A DNA stretch of 64,000 nucleotides, taken from positions 12,732,184-12,796,183 of the forward strand of contig MU058844.1 in assembly GCA_013265495.1 (NCBI GenBank), in the 5' to 3' direction. The DNA is from Vicugna vicugna. Taxonomy: Eukaryota. Shown here piece after piece: positions 10,210 to 23,795 of the stretch. Position numbers and translations under genes: made by a program. The first letter of the stretch is position 1, and each line of letters begins with the position of its first letter. The notes beneath the pieces were generated by a model. It was not told the DNA's origin, did not search any database, and saw nothing but the letters and a program-made list of their open reading frames with translations.

Positions 10210-10870
10210 GTTTTCTCTCCTTTCCTGACTATCAAAATAATATGTTTTTATTGTATGGTAGGTAACTAACAAAATAAGGATAAAAACAAAGAAAAAAATA
10301 AAGTTCCAACCACTCAGGCGTAAGTACTGTTAACAGTTTCCTGTATTTTTTATCATTCATTTTTCTGTGTATTATATGTATAGCTTTTTCTTGACAAAAT
10401 TGGGACTGTAGCATATATATGATATATATTATATATATGTTGTTATACTTTAATGTGGGGGGAAATAATATATATATTATTATATATTGATTGTTTTGCT
10501 TTTTAAACTTATAATTATACTCCAAAATGTTCTAGTGACATTAAATCATTTTTTCCAAAATGAGTTTTAATGGACATATAATATTTATCTTAATTTTTCT
10601 TCTATTATCGAGCATTTAGGAGGTTTACAGTTCTTCTTTAAAGTGTTACTTTGATAAACGTCCTTGTTCAAAAATACCTGGGACCATACCTTGATTATTT
10701 TCTTTGAATAGATTCCTATAAGTGGAATTATTGAAATCAAGGATATGAACTTTTCAAGAACTCTCTTAAGCCATGTAGCTCTCAAAAATATTGTTTCAAC
10801 TTATACTTCCATCAGAATGTTTAAGAATGCCTATTGCCCTGCACCCTAAAAAGTATTAAGTATTAACAAT
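10210..10870 (-). mobile_element. Ancient L1 (L1ME/MD-type) 3' fragment
   Basis: T-rich L1 3'-end text (gattcctataagtggaattattg, ttatacttccatcag). Confidence 0.55.
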
Positions 10871-11729
10871 TAAATATTATTTATGGAAGACACTAAAGTC
10901 ACCACGGAGCATCAAAACAGTGTAGCTCCTCAAAAAGTGTTATTTTGGCTAATCTGCCTTTGTGATGAGAGAAGACAATAGTGAAGCTTTCAGTCTAAAT
11001 ATAAATGGGCTATACCAGGACAGTGTTACATGATCCAATTTAAATTCAGACCAAAAAATTCTATCTTATCTTTACAAAACTCTTAGATTTTAGAAAATTT
11101 AGATACAGAAGAAAATAATGTATCAGTTTAAATCATATTTAAAAGAAAATGTCTTTCAACAGACACTTGAACAAAAATTTTTTTAAAATATGTACCATCT
11201 CCAATAGGACGTCTGTGTGTTCAGGAAACAAATCTGTGCAAATTAATTTCATGTGCAATCACAGAATAACCATTTCATGTTATTATGCTTTAACATGGTG
11301 GGAAAAAAAGAAGAGTTCTTATTTTCCTTTGGTAATATTATTACTTGTACCAGGTTCTTTACCAGTATTATCTCTAACATTCACAAACCTTGGCAGGGAA
11401 GATTGATTTTTGTCTTGATTTTTGGGTAAGGAATCAGGCTGAGAGGTAAGAAACTTATAGTTAAGTATTTGTCTGAATCCAGAGGTAGAATCATTCCTCC
11501 AGGCTCGGGTGACTTCCTGAGAGATACCATAGTGTTTCGTGTGAGAGAAAATGATAGAGACCCTGACCTCAGGCTGGGGACAAAAGGGGCTGATGGTACA
11601 GAACCATCAACCTTCCTTTCTGGTGACCTGAATTGGAAAAGTGAGTAAGTGAACACTTCTTGCTATTTCTAAATTTAAATTAATATGTTATAAAATTAGC
11701 ATTGGATGGCTTTTGTTTCTTTTCTTTGC

Positions 11730-11815
11730 TTTTTTTTTAAGGAGTTACTGGGGATAGAATCCAGGACTTCGTACACGCTAAGCATGAGCTCTACCACTAT
11801 GTTATTACCCTCCCC
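11730..11815 (-). mobile_element. tRNA-derived SINE (camelid Vic-1-like)
   Basis: Reverse complement gives GGGGAGGG...AGTGGTAGAGC...GTCCTGGATTCTATCCCCAG followed by an A tail. Confidence 0.75.
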
Positions 11816-12309
11816 TGCTTTTACAGTTCCTTAAACTGTAAGGAAAGAACAGAAAAGGAAAAAGAGAAAGAAGTGAAAAGAAAAAATGTGAATAAAGAGT
11901 AAAAACCAACCCTTGTAGGATTAAAAAATACCCCAAACCTAGAGAATGCCCAGGTGCTGAGTAGGGAGAGGGTAATTTTGAGGGTATTTCCGTATATCTG
12001 GAGACTGGGAAGCAGAAGAATGGGTGGTTTTAGAACCAGGCTGAGCGGGGGAGTTAGTTGGATGGTCACAGGCCGGGCACTGAGCCATCTCTCTTTTTCC
12101 GCTTTGCCACCTGGTCCCACCACAGGGATGCACCTGCCTCACAGGCGGGCAGTTGTGTTTGTGAGTCAGGATGTTTCTCTCTTCGACAGGCAAATGCAAA
12201 TGCATTTTTCTCCCTTTTTGTTTTCAACCTTCATGCAGTACCCATCTCACACCCTTTTTCTTTCTTCAGACTGAGTCCCTGAGTACTTGATTGGACGCAA
12301 GCTATGCTG

Positions 12310-13930
12310 CAGAGGCAGCGTGGTGTCCTGTTTAAAGCAAATGCTCCTACATCAGGCTTGCACTCCTGTGTGAGCCTGGACAAGACACTGAGTCACTCTT
12401 TGCATTGAGCCTCCCCATCTGTCAAGTGGGGATCCATTCAAAAAATACCTATGAAGCACCTGCTGTGTGCCAAGACATGTTCCACCCTCTGGGGGGTAGA
12501 ACAATTAACAGAACAGAAAGCTACTTTGCAATGAGGCACACATGAGCCAAATATACACTATAATGATAGATATTAAGTAAAGTCAAGAAAAATAAAGGAA
12601 GATAAAGGGACAGGAGTGATAGGGAGTGATATTTTAGATAGGCATTCCGAGAAGACCTCACTGAAGAAGTGGTATTTAAATATGGGCACGGGAAAAAAAA
12701 AAACAGCAAATGAGACATGCGGTAGATCTAGGGGAACAAGAACAGCAGGTGAAACACTGTAAGTATGGGGGAGGGTATAGCTCAAGTGGTAGAGTGCATT
12801 AGCATGCACGAGGTCCTGGGTTCAATCCCCAGAACCTCCTTTAAAAAAAATTAATGAACCTAATTACCTCACCCCAAAAATTAAGACTCAGTAACAGGAT
12901 AAATCAACACTAAATTAATAAAGTAAAAGAGGAAAAAAGTCCAAAACACTGTAAGCAGAGGTAAGCTTAGTGTGTTCAAAGAAGAGCACAGTGCAAAAGT
13001 GCACTGTGGCCTCAGCAGAGTCCGTGAGAGAAAGTAGCTAAGGGCCTGATCATCCCAGGCTTGTAGGTTTGTTAAGGACTCTAGCTTGATGCTAAGTGTG
13101 ATCAGAAGCATATCAGTGACAGGAAACACAAAAGACTCTCATTATTTAATTAGGAAGAGATTTGGGTACTTTTGAAACCACTGAAAAGGCTACAGGAATG
13201 AGACTCAGAATATCACCACCAAACCAGCCTGCCAGAGAAGCTGCTACCTCTGCCACAGACAGGAAGGTGGGCAATCGAGAGGTTGCAAATGAAACTGTGA
13301 TGGTTTCAGGAATAGATGCCATGGCTGTGACCCAGGGAACAGGAAGCCCTGGTTGCTGCCACCACAACATCTCTGAACACCCACATCAACCCAGGCATGG
13401 TCTCTGTGACCACACTTACCTGCTGCAAAGTCAGAGCAGCCAGAACATGGCCTCCACCCCACTTCTACCTGCCTCATCGCTCATATGTACCCATCTAAGG
13501 AATGCAATTTGTAATCTTCCAGGTGGTGAAGGATGAGAAAGCACATTAGAAGACTGGAAATGGATGCTGGAGGCCAGGAAGAGAGTAAAGAGCAAGGAAG
13601 GGGTGAGATATGATTTGGTTTACATTTTGGCAGGAATATTCTCACTGCTATGTGAAAAATATACTCTAGTAGGTCAATAAGAAGCAGCATTCACTGTTAG
13701 AAGGTTACAGGAGCAGTTTAGGTAAGAAGAGAGAGAGCCTTAGACTAGAGTGGTGACCTGAAAAAACTAAGAAAGAGGGAAATTATAACAGAGTTGCTGA
13801 TAAGTATAAGGTACAATAAAAGTAAGAAATTTAAGATGTCTTCAGATTTTTGACCTAAACACCTGGATCAACAGCAGTGATGCATACAGAGAATACTGGG
13901 AAACATACAGATTATGGGGAGGAAACATTC
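12310..13930. mobile_element. MIR and L2 relics
   Basis: MIR core (ccccatctgtcaagtggggat) and L2 minus-strand text (acctgctgtgtgccaagac, gaagacctcactgaag). Confidence 0.5.
12766..12943 (+). mobile_element. tRNA-derived SINE (camelid Vic-1-like) with TSD
   Basis: GGGGAGGGTATAGCTCAAGTGGTAGAG (A box), GGTTCAATCC (B box), A-rich tail, 12-bp TSD AAACACTGTAAG (12752-12763 and 12944-12955). Confidence 0.9.
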
Positions 13931-14309
13931 CCATTTCTCTCAAGCAATAAAGAATACCCCAGAGTTCTTCAGCAGCACCTGGCACACAGTAAATATTCAG
14001 TTGGACTAGCTATTCTTTTAAATTAAAATAACATATTTGTCTAACTCCTTGAAGTTGAGGTCACCAGGTTTGAAATTGGGTATTTCTGAATGGTAGTCAT
14101 GTCTTCCAGGTGGAAAGAGACAACAAGACACCCAAAATCTGGTATTCTGAACCTACTTACCAAAGCCATAGCAACCACTCTTACAAGTGCAAAATCATTC
14201 AATATTCTTTCCTAGAGCTGTGGACCTAAGTTCCGATGGGACCTGGCACTTAGGCCTCCAACTCTCAATGGGAAGTGTTAGGAAATTTACAGCCATATTT
14301 TTAAACTAC

Positions 14310-14700
14310 CCCAAAGAAGAAAGACCCAAGAATAGTTAAGACATTCCTGAAGAAAAGAAGAAGAAACTGGGGAAATTTTTATTATCAGTTATCAAGATAA
14401 TTATAGAACCATTGATTAAGACCATGTGATATTGGTATGGGAATGGACAACTGATGGAATGAATAAAATGAAGAACCTAGAAGTAGACGCACTTGTGTGT
14501 GTAAGTTCTTGGCATATTACAAGGGTGGTATCACGGTTCAGGGAGAAATGGACAAAATCTTCAATTGAGCGGTACTGAAACAATTGGTAATCCAAATGGA
14601 AAAAATGCTATTGGATCACACCACATACATGAGTCAATTATAGATTAAAAAGTTTGAGGGTGAAGGTCAAAATCTTAGAGTGTTTAAAGCATTGAAATAA
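14310..14700 (+). mobile_element. Ancient L1 ORF2 fragment
   Basis: Degraded match to the PRIAK...KTAWYW...WN region of the intact ORF2 in this window. Confidence 0.6.
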
Positions 14701-14889
14701 AAATATTCTGATGGCATCTCAGTCCCTGTTTCTTAAAGGCCCATCTGCATTCCTGTCCTTAAATTTTCATGAGTTATCCTTATATTCTTATAATAAACCC
14801 CGCCACCTTTTCTATTTTTACTACAGCTGGCTAGACATGGTTTCTGCCATGTACGCAAGGTGCTTAAGGTAAACTGGCAGAAAAGAAAA

Positions 14890-15180
14890 GCCAAACATTT
14901 ATCCAGCACTTACTTCACGGCCTGCATCATCTGAGTGCCTTATGTGTATTAACTCATTTAATTCTCACAAATAACCCCATGAGATAGTCACTGATTATCC
15001 TCATCTTACAGATGGACATACAGAGGCAAGAGAAGTTAAGGAACTCGTTCATGTCACAAGGTTAATAAGTAGCAGAGCCAGGATTTTAATCTGGAACTTC
15101 CGGCTCCAGATTCCAACAAAGGAACTGGAATTTGAACTTGGGCTTTCTGGCTCCATATTCTTAACCTCCATGCTGTGCTG
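14890..15180 (-). mobile_element. MIR SINE
   Basis: aactcatttaattctcacaa...ttacagatg...gaagttaag...agagccaggattt. Confidence 0.7.
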
Positions 15181-18100
15181 TGAAGGCCAGAGTATCGCAA
15201 CAGCTTTCTTTGCTTGACTGTTTTATTTGTGACCAGACCAACCCCAGCTCCTGAGGTCCTGCAGAGCCTCCTACAGGGACCCTCTTCTGCACAGACTTGG
15301 CAAAGGCAGTCTGGGGCTAGACCTCACCTCTGTTGTGCACACATTTGAGCTGATAAGTTGCAGCACTAAACCCAGAAGAGAGACCATCGCTCCCTGCCTC
15401 CTTCTCTACCCCAAGCACCCACAGTATAGTTCACTGCAGAGGGCAGGGAGACACAATTTGCTTCCTGTCTGTGTCCAGTCTCTCCCACTACCAGAGGGAC
15501 AGATGGCTTGAGGTGTCTGGAAGTCACAATTAAGTGCCCTTAGGAACATCTGGTTCAAGGAAATCACTATTGGTTGAGTTTCTGCTACAAGTCCGGCACT
15601 CTGCTAGGTGTGACACACTTGTACCGTCTGGATTTTGCAGATCCTATAAAACCAAGATTCTTTTCATCCATCTGCTTCAGAAGCCCCGTTTTTTTAAGGG
15701 GCCCCCTCACAGTCTTCACTTGTTATCTTGTACCCTGCAGTCGGTTTGGGCTGTCCTAAGAAGCTGTTGCTAAGAGAGTTACCTGAAGCCCAGCTCAGAC
15801 ATTTTTTTGTTTTGTTTTGTTTCTAAGTGAGATATTTGTTTCTAAGTAAAAATTCTGAATATGAACTAATAGTTTCTAAAAATTGTTTGGAATTTCACTA
15901 TTTTTTTGGCTAGGGTTGAGAGGCGTCAGTGAAAGTCTCTCTGATTTACCACAACTAGAAAGGACCTCCTGCTTCTCTGGCTCCTCCGGCACGTTAACAC
16001 GTGAAACATGTTCATGCTCTTTTATTAAGGAAGTAGCTGTGCACTCCTCTCACCTCCCTACCAGACCAAATGCTGTGGTAACATTTGTTCCACCTGAGTA
16101 TATTCTCCAAAAGTGGCTCCTTTCCAACAAAACTGGAAAGGTAAAATGTCGTTATGACTAAAGGGATTCTCTCTGTGTCGTTCTTGAGCCCCCACCACAC
16201 TCAGCGCAAGACCTTGGCCACAAGGGGCCATCCCGTGAAGTAGGTCATCACAGCTTTAGAGCAGATGTGTCAAGAAATTAGTTACCAGATGCAATTGCAC
16301 AGCCTAGGATGTTTAATCCCTGCACCTGGCTACTTTAAAGTTTAAAAAAAGGGGCGTTAAGGGAAAAAAAATGAAAAACTTAGAAATAAAGCAAAGAAAA
16401 GGCAGCATGTCTTTTCAATGTTAAACACTTGAACAGGGCCACTCAAGGATTATTTAACTATCTAAGGGAATATACCTTTGTTTGACTCACCACCTGGCAT
16501 TGATTAAAATCACAGATTCCATGAAGTTGCATCTTAACTTGCAGACAATTTTCCTCAGCGAGAGAGGAAAACACTAAGACAGGAAGGATGATAAACCTCT
16601 AGGTTTACTTGCCCAGGGTTGGGGAGGGAGGGAGGCAGAAGGCGTCAGAAGGTGAAGCAGATACTGCACTTGTGTCTCCTGAGCACAATCTCCCAAAGTG
16701 AATTATTTCCACCAGCAACTAGAGTGCCAAAAATCACTTTTTAGACTATGATAAAAATTGTTGGAAGAAGCAGAGTCAACATAAGGGGAAAAAAGAGTCC
16801 AAGGGAGAAGCTTTCTTTATTATGCTCACCCCTCCCCCCAGCTCCAAGTGCCTGCAATTCTTGCTCCCTCTGATGATGGACCTTTAGTAGTAAGCCTCTG
16901 CCTACTCATGGGTAAAAAAGGAAAGCGTATATGAAAGAACTGACACCAGAAAAGAAAGGTTCACCAGCTTAAGCCAAAAAAACGACCAAGGTATCAAATC
17001 CACCAAAAAAAAAAAAAAATCAAACAGCACTTCAAAGGCATTGTTTTATTGCCCTTAAGTGAATGAAAGGATGGAAATCAAACCTGGGCGGAAAGACCTC
17101 TGTCTACAAAGGAATGCCCTTGGTATCACTGAATTCAACACCCAGGTGATAAAATTTCCAACCAGTAAACATTTTTCTATACGGGAAGCAGTTCTAATTC
17201 TATTTGAGGAATATAGATCATTGATGAATTTCCGAGATCATTATCTCTTCTGCCTGTTTAAAAGATTCAGATTCCCCCATCTGGTAAAGCATCCAGTACA
17301 GTCCCATGTAATCCTCAAGGATGAGGGAGTGAGGCGGAGAAGCAGAGCTTCAGAACAGGTAAAATTGCTTTTATTCTTTGTTGCCATGAAGGGAATTATG
17401 TATTCAGCTCCACATGCTGAATCCCCTAATACAATGCTTTTCTTCCTCACCAGGAATAAGACAAACAATTTAAAAAATTATTTACTTCCTTTCCAGCTAA
17501 GGGTCCCTGTTGGCTTGATCAGCTAAATGAACCATGGACTGTCTCCTTGGAAAGAATGTGTGGCAGAAGTGTTAGTGGTTAAATGCCCACAGAGGCTGGG
17601 CTCTGAGAGCTCACAGCTGATTGCACAGTCACTGTCTGCAGTTTACTGCAGGCAACTGCTGCCATTCAGCACAATGCTAATGGGCTGCCCTTGGGAGTTA
17701 GAGTTGATGCTCTCCGGATAACTCACTTCTCAAATCTCCTAAGAAAGGGAAGTAATTTTTATTTGCCAGCATGAATTATGCCACCAGTGAAAGTCATGAA
17801 TCTACGTTGTTTAACCAATGTAGATTACTCTAAATTCTGCATTATTCAGATTAGTATCAGGGATAACGGAGCAGGCTGCTGTCTTGAGCTGGATACCTGC
17901 AGCTCTGGCTACAAAGACAACACGTCATCATCTCAGTGGAGAGCCACCTAAGTCAGCACCACTCACCCCAAAGGGTCGATTAGCATAAAAAAAGGATTTT
18001 GAAATCTGCTTGCTTCATGCCTCCTTGGCCTTCACGGGCTAACCCAAATCAATTGTTCCTCTTTTTGCGCCTTGACACTCCCTTTCAGTGGTGTAACTTT

Positions 18101-19404
18101 CGTTCCCTTTTTTTCTCTCCTTACCTAATATGAGAGAGTTTCTATTTCCCTTTCTTGTCCTATAGGAACTCTTCACATATCACATTCTTCTCTTTTGCCA
18201 AATGGCTTTTACACACCACACACATATACACACCACACACACACACTCTTTCCTTTCATTAGAATGGCAAAGGGGTTGTCCACAGGGAAGGAAACCAGAT
18301 TATGGAAAAGTGAGAACACATCAGGAGGTAGTTCTTAAATCTTTACTGTCCTGAGAAGTGTTCCTCTTCTGGACAACTGTTCTGTGCTCAAAGAGCAATG
18401 TGTTGGGCTTCGGGGTTTCCGATGAAACTTATTACTTACAGCTAGGTTAGCAGGGAGGAGTTGTGGCTCAGAGGTAATGTCAGGAAATGAGGAGTGTAAC
18501 ATAGTATGTGCATCCTCATCCCTTTACTTGCTGTTGGAATGTGTCCCCCTTTGAAGCCAAACAGAACTCAGAACATTTCTGGGCTCTGGGGGTGAGCCAT
18601 ACGGGTGGGGCTTCAAGAATCTGCAAGAGTAAAGGAGGAGCCCTCTGGAGAGGAGTGCTGCTTGAGAAAAACAGACATCAAAACTGTAGGAGGGGAGGGG
18701 CAATTCTGAGTATTAGGAGGTGTCTTCAGCTTAGATTTGCCATCAGATCGGGCCCTGCAGACTCACATTCCACACAGGGTGTGGGGATGGCTAGTACAGA
18801 GAAACTGTGGGAGAAAACAGTTGGTTCACAAAAACATGGTAAGACAGTGGCACTGTATTGGTAAGCTTCTAAAAGAAGAAAGAGAAAATTCCACACACTT
18901 CTGGCACAGTCGGGGCTTACGTGTACTGGAAGCAGCAAGTGCAAGGAGTCAGGACCGCCCAGCAGGTACAGCCAGTGGAAGTGACAGCCGTGCCTCGCAG
19001 ACCAGTTCTACCGAGAGAAGGAGGCTGACATGCTCAGTGGCCAAGGGTTGGGGTGACAGAATGGGAGCAAAATGACCTTCACTGTAGATTAACTGACTGC
19101 TTCAATATTGAAGATCTCTTTCCATCTCTTATGTGGAAAAATAGACATGAAATAATTTTCATTTATATGGTTGAAAGTTCATAATTTTATTTGTATATAT
19201 TCAATTTGGGGAATGATGTGTATATTTTAATGCAACTAATATCTTGAAGCTCTTATTAAGCAATAAATTTGGATCATCAGGCAATTATCTTATCTTCTCA
19301 GATTGAGCCCTTCCTTGATTATTATGTAATGTCCTTCTTTGTCTCTTGTTATAGTCTATTTTGTTTTAAAGTCTACTTTGTCTGATAGAAGTATTGCCAC
19401 CCTG

Positions 19405-22400
19405 CAGGGAAATATAGAATTTTTTTTCTTTCTTTTTTTAAATTTTTTTAACAGTAGGATGGGTTTGAGATCATGTTATTATCAGTTTATTAAAAACGGG
19501 TATAGGTTAATAGATTTACAAAAAAGGGTAACCACAAGTCAAAAATTTACAAGGGAGTCACAAAAATTAAATAAAATCCATGATAATACAAAGGAAAATT
19601 ACCAAACCACAAAAGGAAGAAGAAAGGAACAAAGAGGATATACCAATTCAACTGCAAAGATAAGTTCAAAATGGCAATAAACACACATCTATCATTAATT
19701 ACTGTAAATGTTAATGGACTAAATGCTCCAGTCAAAAGACATAGAGTGGCAGAGTGGATAATAAAGCAAGAACCTTCAATATGCTGCATACAAGAGACCC
19801 ACTTTAGGGAGAAGGACACATATAGATTGAGAGTGAAAGGATGGAAAAGGATATTCCATGCAAATGGAAAAGCCAAAAAAGCAGGTGTTGCAGTACTGAT
19901 TTCAGACAAAATAGACTTTAAAACAAAGGCCATAAAGAAAGATAAAGAAGGACATTTTATAATGATTAAAGGGGTGATACAAGATGAAGATATTACACTC
20001 GTTAATATATATGCACCCAATATAGGAGCACCTAAGTACATACAAGAATTACTAACAGAGATAAAGGGGGATATTGATGGGAATACAATCATAGTTGGAG
20101 ATTTTAACACTGCATTAACATCACTAGACAGATCTTCCAGACAGAAAATAAACAAGGCAACAGAGAAATTAAATACTACAATAGAAAAACTAGATTTGGT
20201 GGATATTTTCAGAGCTTTACACCCCCAAAAAATAGAATATACATTCTTTTCAAGTGCACATGGAACATTTTCCAGGATCGATCATGTACTTGGACACAAA
20301 AGAAACCTCAACAAATTTAAGAAGATAGAAATTATCTCAAGCATCTTTACTGACCACAATGCCATGAAACTGGAAATCAACAACAGAGAAACAAAGGAGA
20401 AAAAAAGAAAAGCATGGAGATTAAACAATATGTTATTGAAAAAACAATGGATCAATGAGGAAATCAAAGCTGAAATTAAAAAATACCTTGAGACAAATGA
20501 TAATGAAAGCACAACCACTCAAAACCTATGGGACACAGCAAAGGCAGTGCTAAGAGGGAAGTTTATAGCGATACAGGCCTTCCTCAAAAAAGAAGAACAA
20601 TCTCAAATAAACAAGTTAACCCACCACCTGAATCAATTAGAAAAAGAAGAACAAAAAGCCCCAAAAAGCAGCAGAAGGAAGGAAATAATAAAGATCAGAG
20701 AGGAATTAAATACAATAGAGATTAACAAGACCATAGAAAAAATCAACCAAACCAAAAGCTGGTTTTTTGAAAAAGTAAATAAAATCGACAAACCTCTGGC
20801 CAAACTCACAAAGAAGAAAAAAGAGAGAGCACAAATTAGCAAAATAAGAAAGGAAAATGGAGAAATTACAACAAACAAAATAGAAATACAGAATATCATA
20901 CGAGAATATTATGAAAAACTATATGGAACCAAACTGGATAACCTAGAGGAGATGGACAAGTTTCTGGAAACATACTGTCCACCAAAACTGAATCAAGAAG
21001 AAACTGAACACTTGAACAATCCGATCACTAGAAAGGAAATAGAAATAGCAATTAAAAACCTCCCTACAAATAAAAGTCCAGGACCGGATGGCTTCACCGG
21101 GGAATTCTACCAAACATACAAAGAAGAACTCATACCAGTCCTTCTCAAACTCTTCCAGACGATTGAAAAGGAGGGAATACTCCCAAACTCATTCTATGAA
21201 GCCACCATCACCCTGATACCAAAACCAGGCAAAGACACTACAAAAAAAGAGAATTATAGGCCAATATCACTGATGAACATAGACGCCAAAATCCTCACCA
21301 AAATTTTAGCAAATAGAATCCAACAACACATAAAAAAGATTATACATCATGACCAAGTGGGGTTCATCCCAGGGACACAAGGCTGGTTCAACATACGCAA
21401 ATCAATCAATGTAATACATCACATCAACAAGAGAAAGGACAAAAACCACATGATCATCTCAATCGATGCAGAAAAAGCATTTGATAAAATTCAACACCCA
21501 TTTATGATAAAAACTCTCGCCAAAGTGGGTATAGAGGGAACATATCTCAACATAATAAAAGCTATATATGACAAACCTACAGCCAGCATAGTTCTCAACG
21601 GTGAAAAACTCAAAAGCTTCCCACTAAAATCTGGGACAAGACAAGGATGCCCACTATCACCACTCCTATTCAACATAGTCCTGGAAGTCCTAGCCACAGC
21701 AATCAGGCAAGAGAAAGAAATAAAAGGGATCCAAATTGGAAAAGAAGAGGTAAAAGTGTCATTATATGCTGACGACATGTTACTATATATAGAAAACCCT
21801 AAAAGGTCCACAAAAAAGCTACTAGAGCTGATCGAAGAATTCAGCAAGGTAGCAGGTTACAAAATTAATGTTCAAAAATCAGTTGCCTTTCTTTACACTA
21901 ACGATAAATCAACAGAAAAAGAAAGTAAAGAAACAATCCCCTTTAAAATAGCACCCAAAGTAATAAAATATCTGGGAATAAATCTAACCAAGGAGGTGAA
22001 AGAATTATACACAGAAAACTATAAACCATTGATGAAGGAAATTAAAGAAGACTTTAAAAAATGGAAAGATATTCCATGCTCTTGGATTGGAAGAATCAAT
22101 ATTGTTAAAATGGTCACACTGCCCAAGGCAATCTACAGATTTAATGCAATCCCTATCCAATTACCCAGGACATATTTCACAGAACTAGAACAAATCATAA
22201 TAAAATTTATATGGAACCATCAAAGACCTAGAATTGCTAAAGCATTACTGAAGAGAAAGAAAGAGGCTGGAGGAATAACTCTCCCAGACTTCAGACAATA
22301 CTATAGAGCTACAGTCATCAAGACAGCATGGTATTGGTACCAAAACAGACATATAGACCAATGGAACAGAATAGAGAGCCCAGAAATGAACCCACAAACT

Positions 22401-23795
22401 TTTGGTCAACTCATCTTCGACAAAGGAGGCAAGAATATACAATGGAATAAAGACAGTCTCTTCAGCAAATGGTGTTGGGAAAACTGGACAGCAGCATGTA
22501 AAACAATGAAGCTAGAACACACCCTTACACCATATACAAAAATCAACTCAAAATGGATTAAAGACTTAAACATAAGACAAGATACAATAAACCTCCTAGA
22601 GGAAAACATAGGCAAAACATTATCTGACATACATTTCAAAAATTTTCTCCTAGAAGAAATAAAAGCAAGAATAAACAAATGGGACCTAATGAAACTTACA
22701 AGCTTCTGCAGAGCAAAGGAAACCAGAAATAAAACAAGAAGAAAACCTACGGAATGGGAGAAAATTTTTGCAAGTGAAACCGACAAAGGCTTGATCTCCA
22801 AAATATATAAGCAGCTCATACGACTCAATAAGAAAAAAATAAACAACCCAATCCAAAAATGGGCAGAAGACCTAAACAAGCAATTCTCCAAGGAAGACAT
22901 ACAAATGATCAAAAAGCACATGAAAAAATGTTCAATATCACTAATTATCAGAGAAATGCAAATCAAAACTACAATGAGGTATCACCTCACACCAGTCAGA
23001 ATGGCCGTCATTCAAAAATCCAAAAATGACAAATGCTGGAGAGGCTGTGGAGAAAGGGGAACCCTCCTACACTGCTGGTGGGAATGCAGTTTGGTGCAGC
23101 CACTATGGAAAACAGTGTGGAGATTCCTCAAAAGACTAGGAATAGACTTACCATATGACCCAGGAATCCCACTCCTGGGCTTGTACCCAGAAGGAAATCT
23201 ACTTCAGGATGACACCTGCACCCCAATGTTCATAGCAGCACTATTTACAATAGCCAAAACATGGAAACAACCTAAATGTCCATCAACAGGTGACTGGATA
23301 AAGAAGATGTGGTATATTTATACAATGGAATACTACTCAGCCATAAAAACCGACAACATAATGCCATTTGCAGCAACATGGATGCTCCTAGAGAATGTCA
23401 TTCTAAGTGAAGTAAGCCAGAAAGAGAAAGAAAAATACCATATGAGATCGCTCATATGTGGAATCTAAAAAACAAAAACAAACAAAAACAAAGCATAAAT
23501 ACAGGACAGAAATAGACTCATGGACAGAGAATACAGACTTGTGGTTACCGGGGGGGGGGGGGGTAGAGGGTGGGAGGGGATAGACTGGGATTTCAAAATT
23601 GTAGAATAGATAAACAAGATTACACTGTATAGCACAGGGAAATATACACAAAATGTTATGATAAATCACAGAGAAAAAAATGTGACAATGAATGTGTATA
23701 TGTCCATGAATGACTGAAAAATTGTGCTGAACACTGGAATTTGACACAACACTGTAAAATGATTATGAATCAATAAAAAATGTAAAAAAAAAAAA
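19405..23795 (+). mobile_element. Young 5'-truncated L1 (inter-ORF spacer, ORF2, 3' UTR, polyA)
   Basis: Perfect 18-bp TSD AGAAGTATTGCCACCCTG (19387-19404 and 23796-23813), AATAAA and A tail, G-run in the 3' UTR at ~23549-23563. Confidence 0.97.
19671..23468 (+). CDS. L1 ORF2p (APE endonuclease, reverse transcriptase, C-terminal CCHC), intact, 1265 aa
   Basis: [44 protein letters not shown]...HCWWEC; no stops. Confidence 0.97.
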   Translation: MAINTHLSLITVNVNGLNAPVKRHRVAEWIIKQEPSICCIQETHFREKDTYRLRVKGWKRIFHANGKAKKAGVAVLISDKIDFKTKAIKKDKEGHFIMIKGVIQDEDITLVNIYAPNIGAPKYIQELLTEIKGDIDGNTIIVGDFNTALTSLDRSSRQKINKATEKLNTTIEKLDLVDIFRALHPQKIEYTFFSSAHGTFSRIDHVLGHKRNLNKFKKIEIISSIFTDHNAMKLEINNRETKEKKRKAWRLNNMLLKKQWINEEIKAEIKKYLETNDNESTTTQNLWDTAKAVLRGKFIAIQAFLKKEEQSQINKLTHHLNQLEKEEQKAPKSSRRKEIIKIREELNTIEINKTIEKINQTKSWFFEKVNKIDKPLAKLTKKKKERAQISKIRKENGEITTNKIEIQNIIREYYEKLYGTKLDNLEEMDKFLETYCPPKLNQEETEHLNNPITRKEIEIAIKNLPTNKSPGPDGFTGEFYQTYKEELIPVLLKLFQTIEKEGILPNSFYEATITLIPKPGKDTTKKENYRPISLMNIDAKILTKILANRIQQHIKKIIHHDQVGFIPGTQGWFNIRKSINVIHHINKRKDKNHMIISIDAEKAFDKIQHPFMIKTLAKVGIEGTYLNIIKAIYDKPTASIVLNGEKLKSFPLKSGTRQGCPLSPLLFNIVLEVLATAIRQEKEIKGIQIGKEEVKVSLYADDMLLYIENPKRSTKKLLELIEEFSKVAGYKINVQKSVAFLYTNDKSTEKESKETIPFKIAPKVIKYLGINLTKEVKELYTENYKPLMKEIKEDFKKWKDIPCSWIGRINIVKMVTLPKAIYRFNAIPIQLPRTYFTELEQIIIKFIWNHQRPRIAKALLKRKKEAGGITLPDFRQYYRATVIKTAWYWYQNRHIDQWNRIESPEMNPQTFGQLIFDKGGKNIQWNKDSLFSKWCWENWTAACKTMKLEHTLTPYTKINSKWIKDLNIRQDTINLLEENIGKTLSDIHFKNFLLEEIKARINKWDLMKLTSFCRAKETRNKTRRKPTEWEKIFASETDKGLISKIYKQLIRLNKKKINNPIQKWAEDLNKQFSKEDIQMIKKHMKKCSISLIIREMQIKTTMRYHLTPVRMAVIQKSKNDKCWRGCGERGTLLHCWWECSLVQPLWKTVWRFLKRLGIDLPYDPGIPLLGLYPEGNLLQDDTCTPMFIAALFTIAKTWKQPKCPSTGDWIKKMWYIYTMEYYSAIKTDNIMPFAATWMLLENVILSEVSQKEKEKYHMRSLICGI

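Noticed and set aside
12767..12838. tRNA-like sequence with A and B boxes
   Set aside because: Followed by an A-rich tail and flanked by a TSD, so it is a SINE head rather than a tRNA gene.
13162..13536. 124-aa ORF
   Set aside because: Starts at TTG, has no homology I recognise and lies among repeat relics; probably an old LTR-derived segment.
17059..17526. 155-aa ORF in unique sequence
   Set aside because: Starts at GTG, has no recognisable domain and no supported exon structure.
19547..22966. Antisense ORFs of 202 aa and 186 aa and other shorter ones
   Set aside because: Shadows of the A-rich L1 ORF2 with no independent coding evidence.
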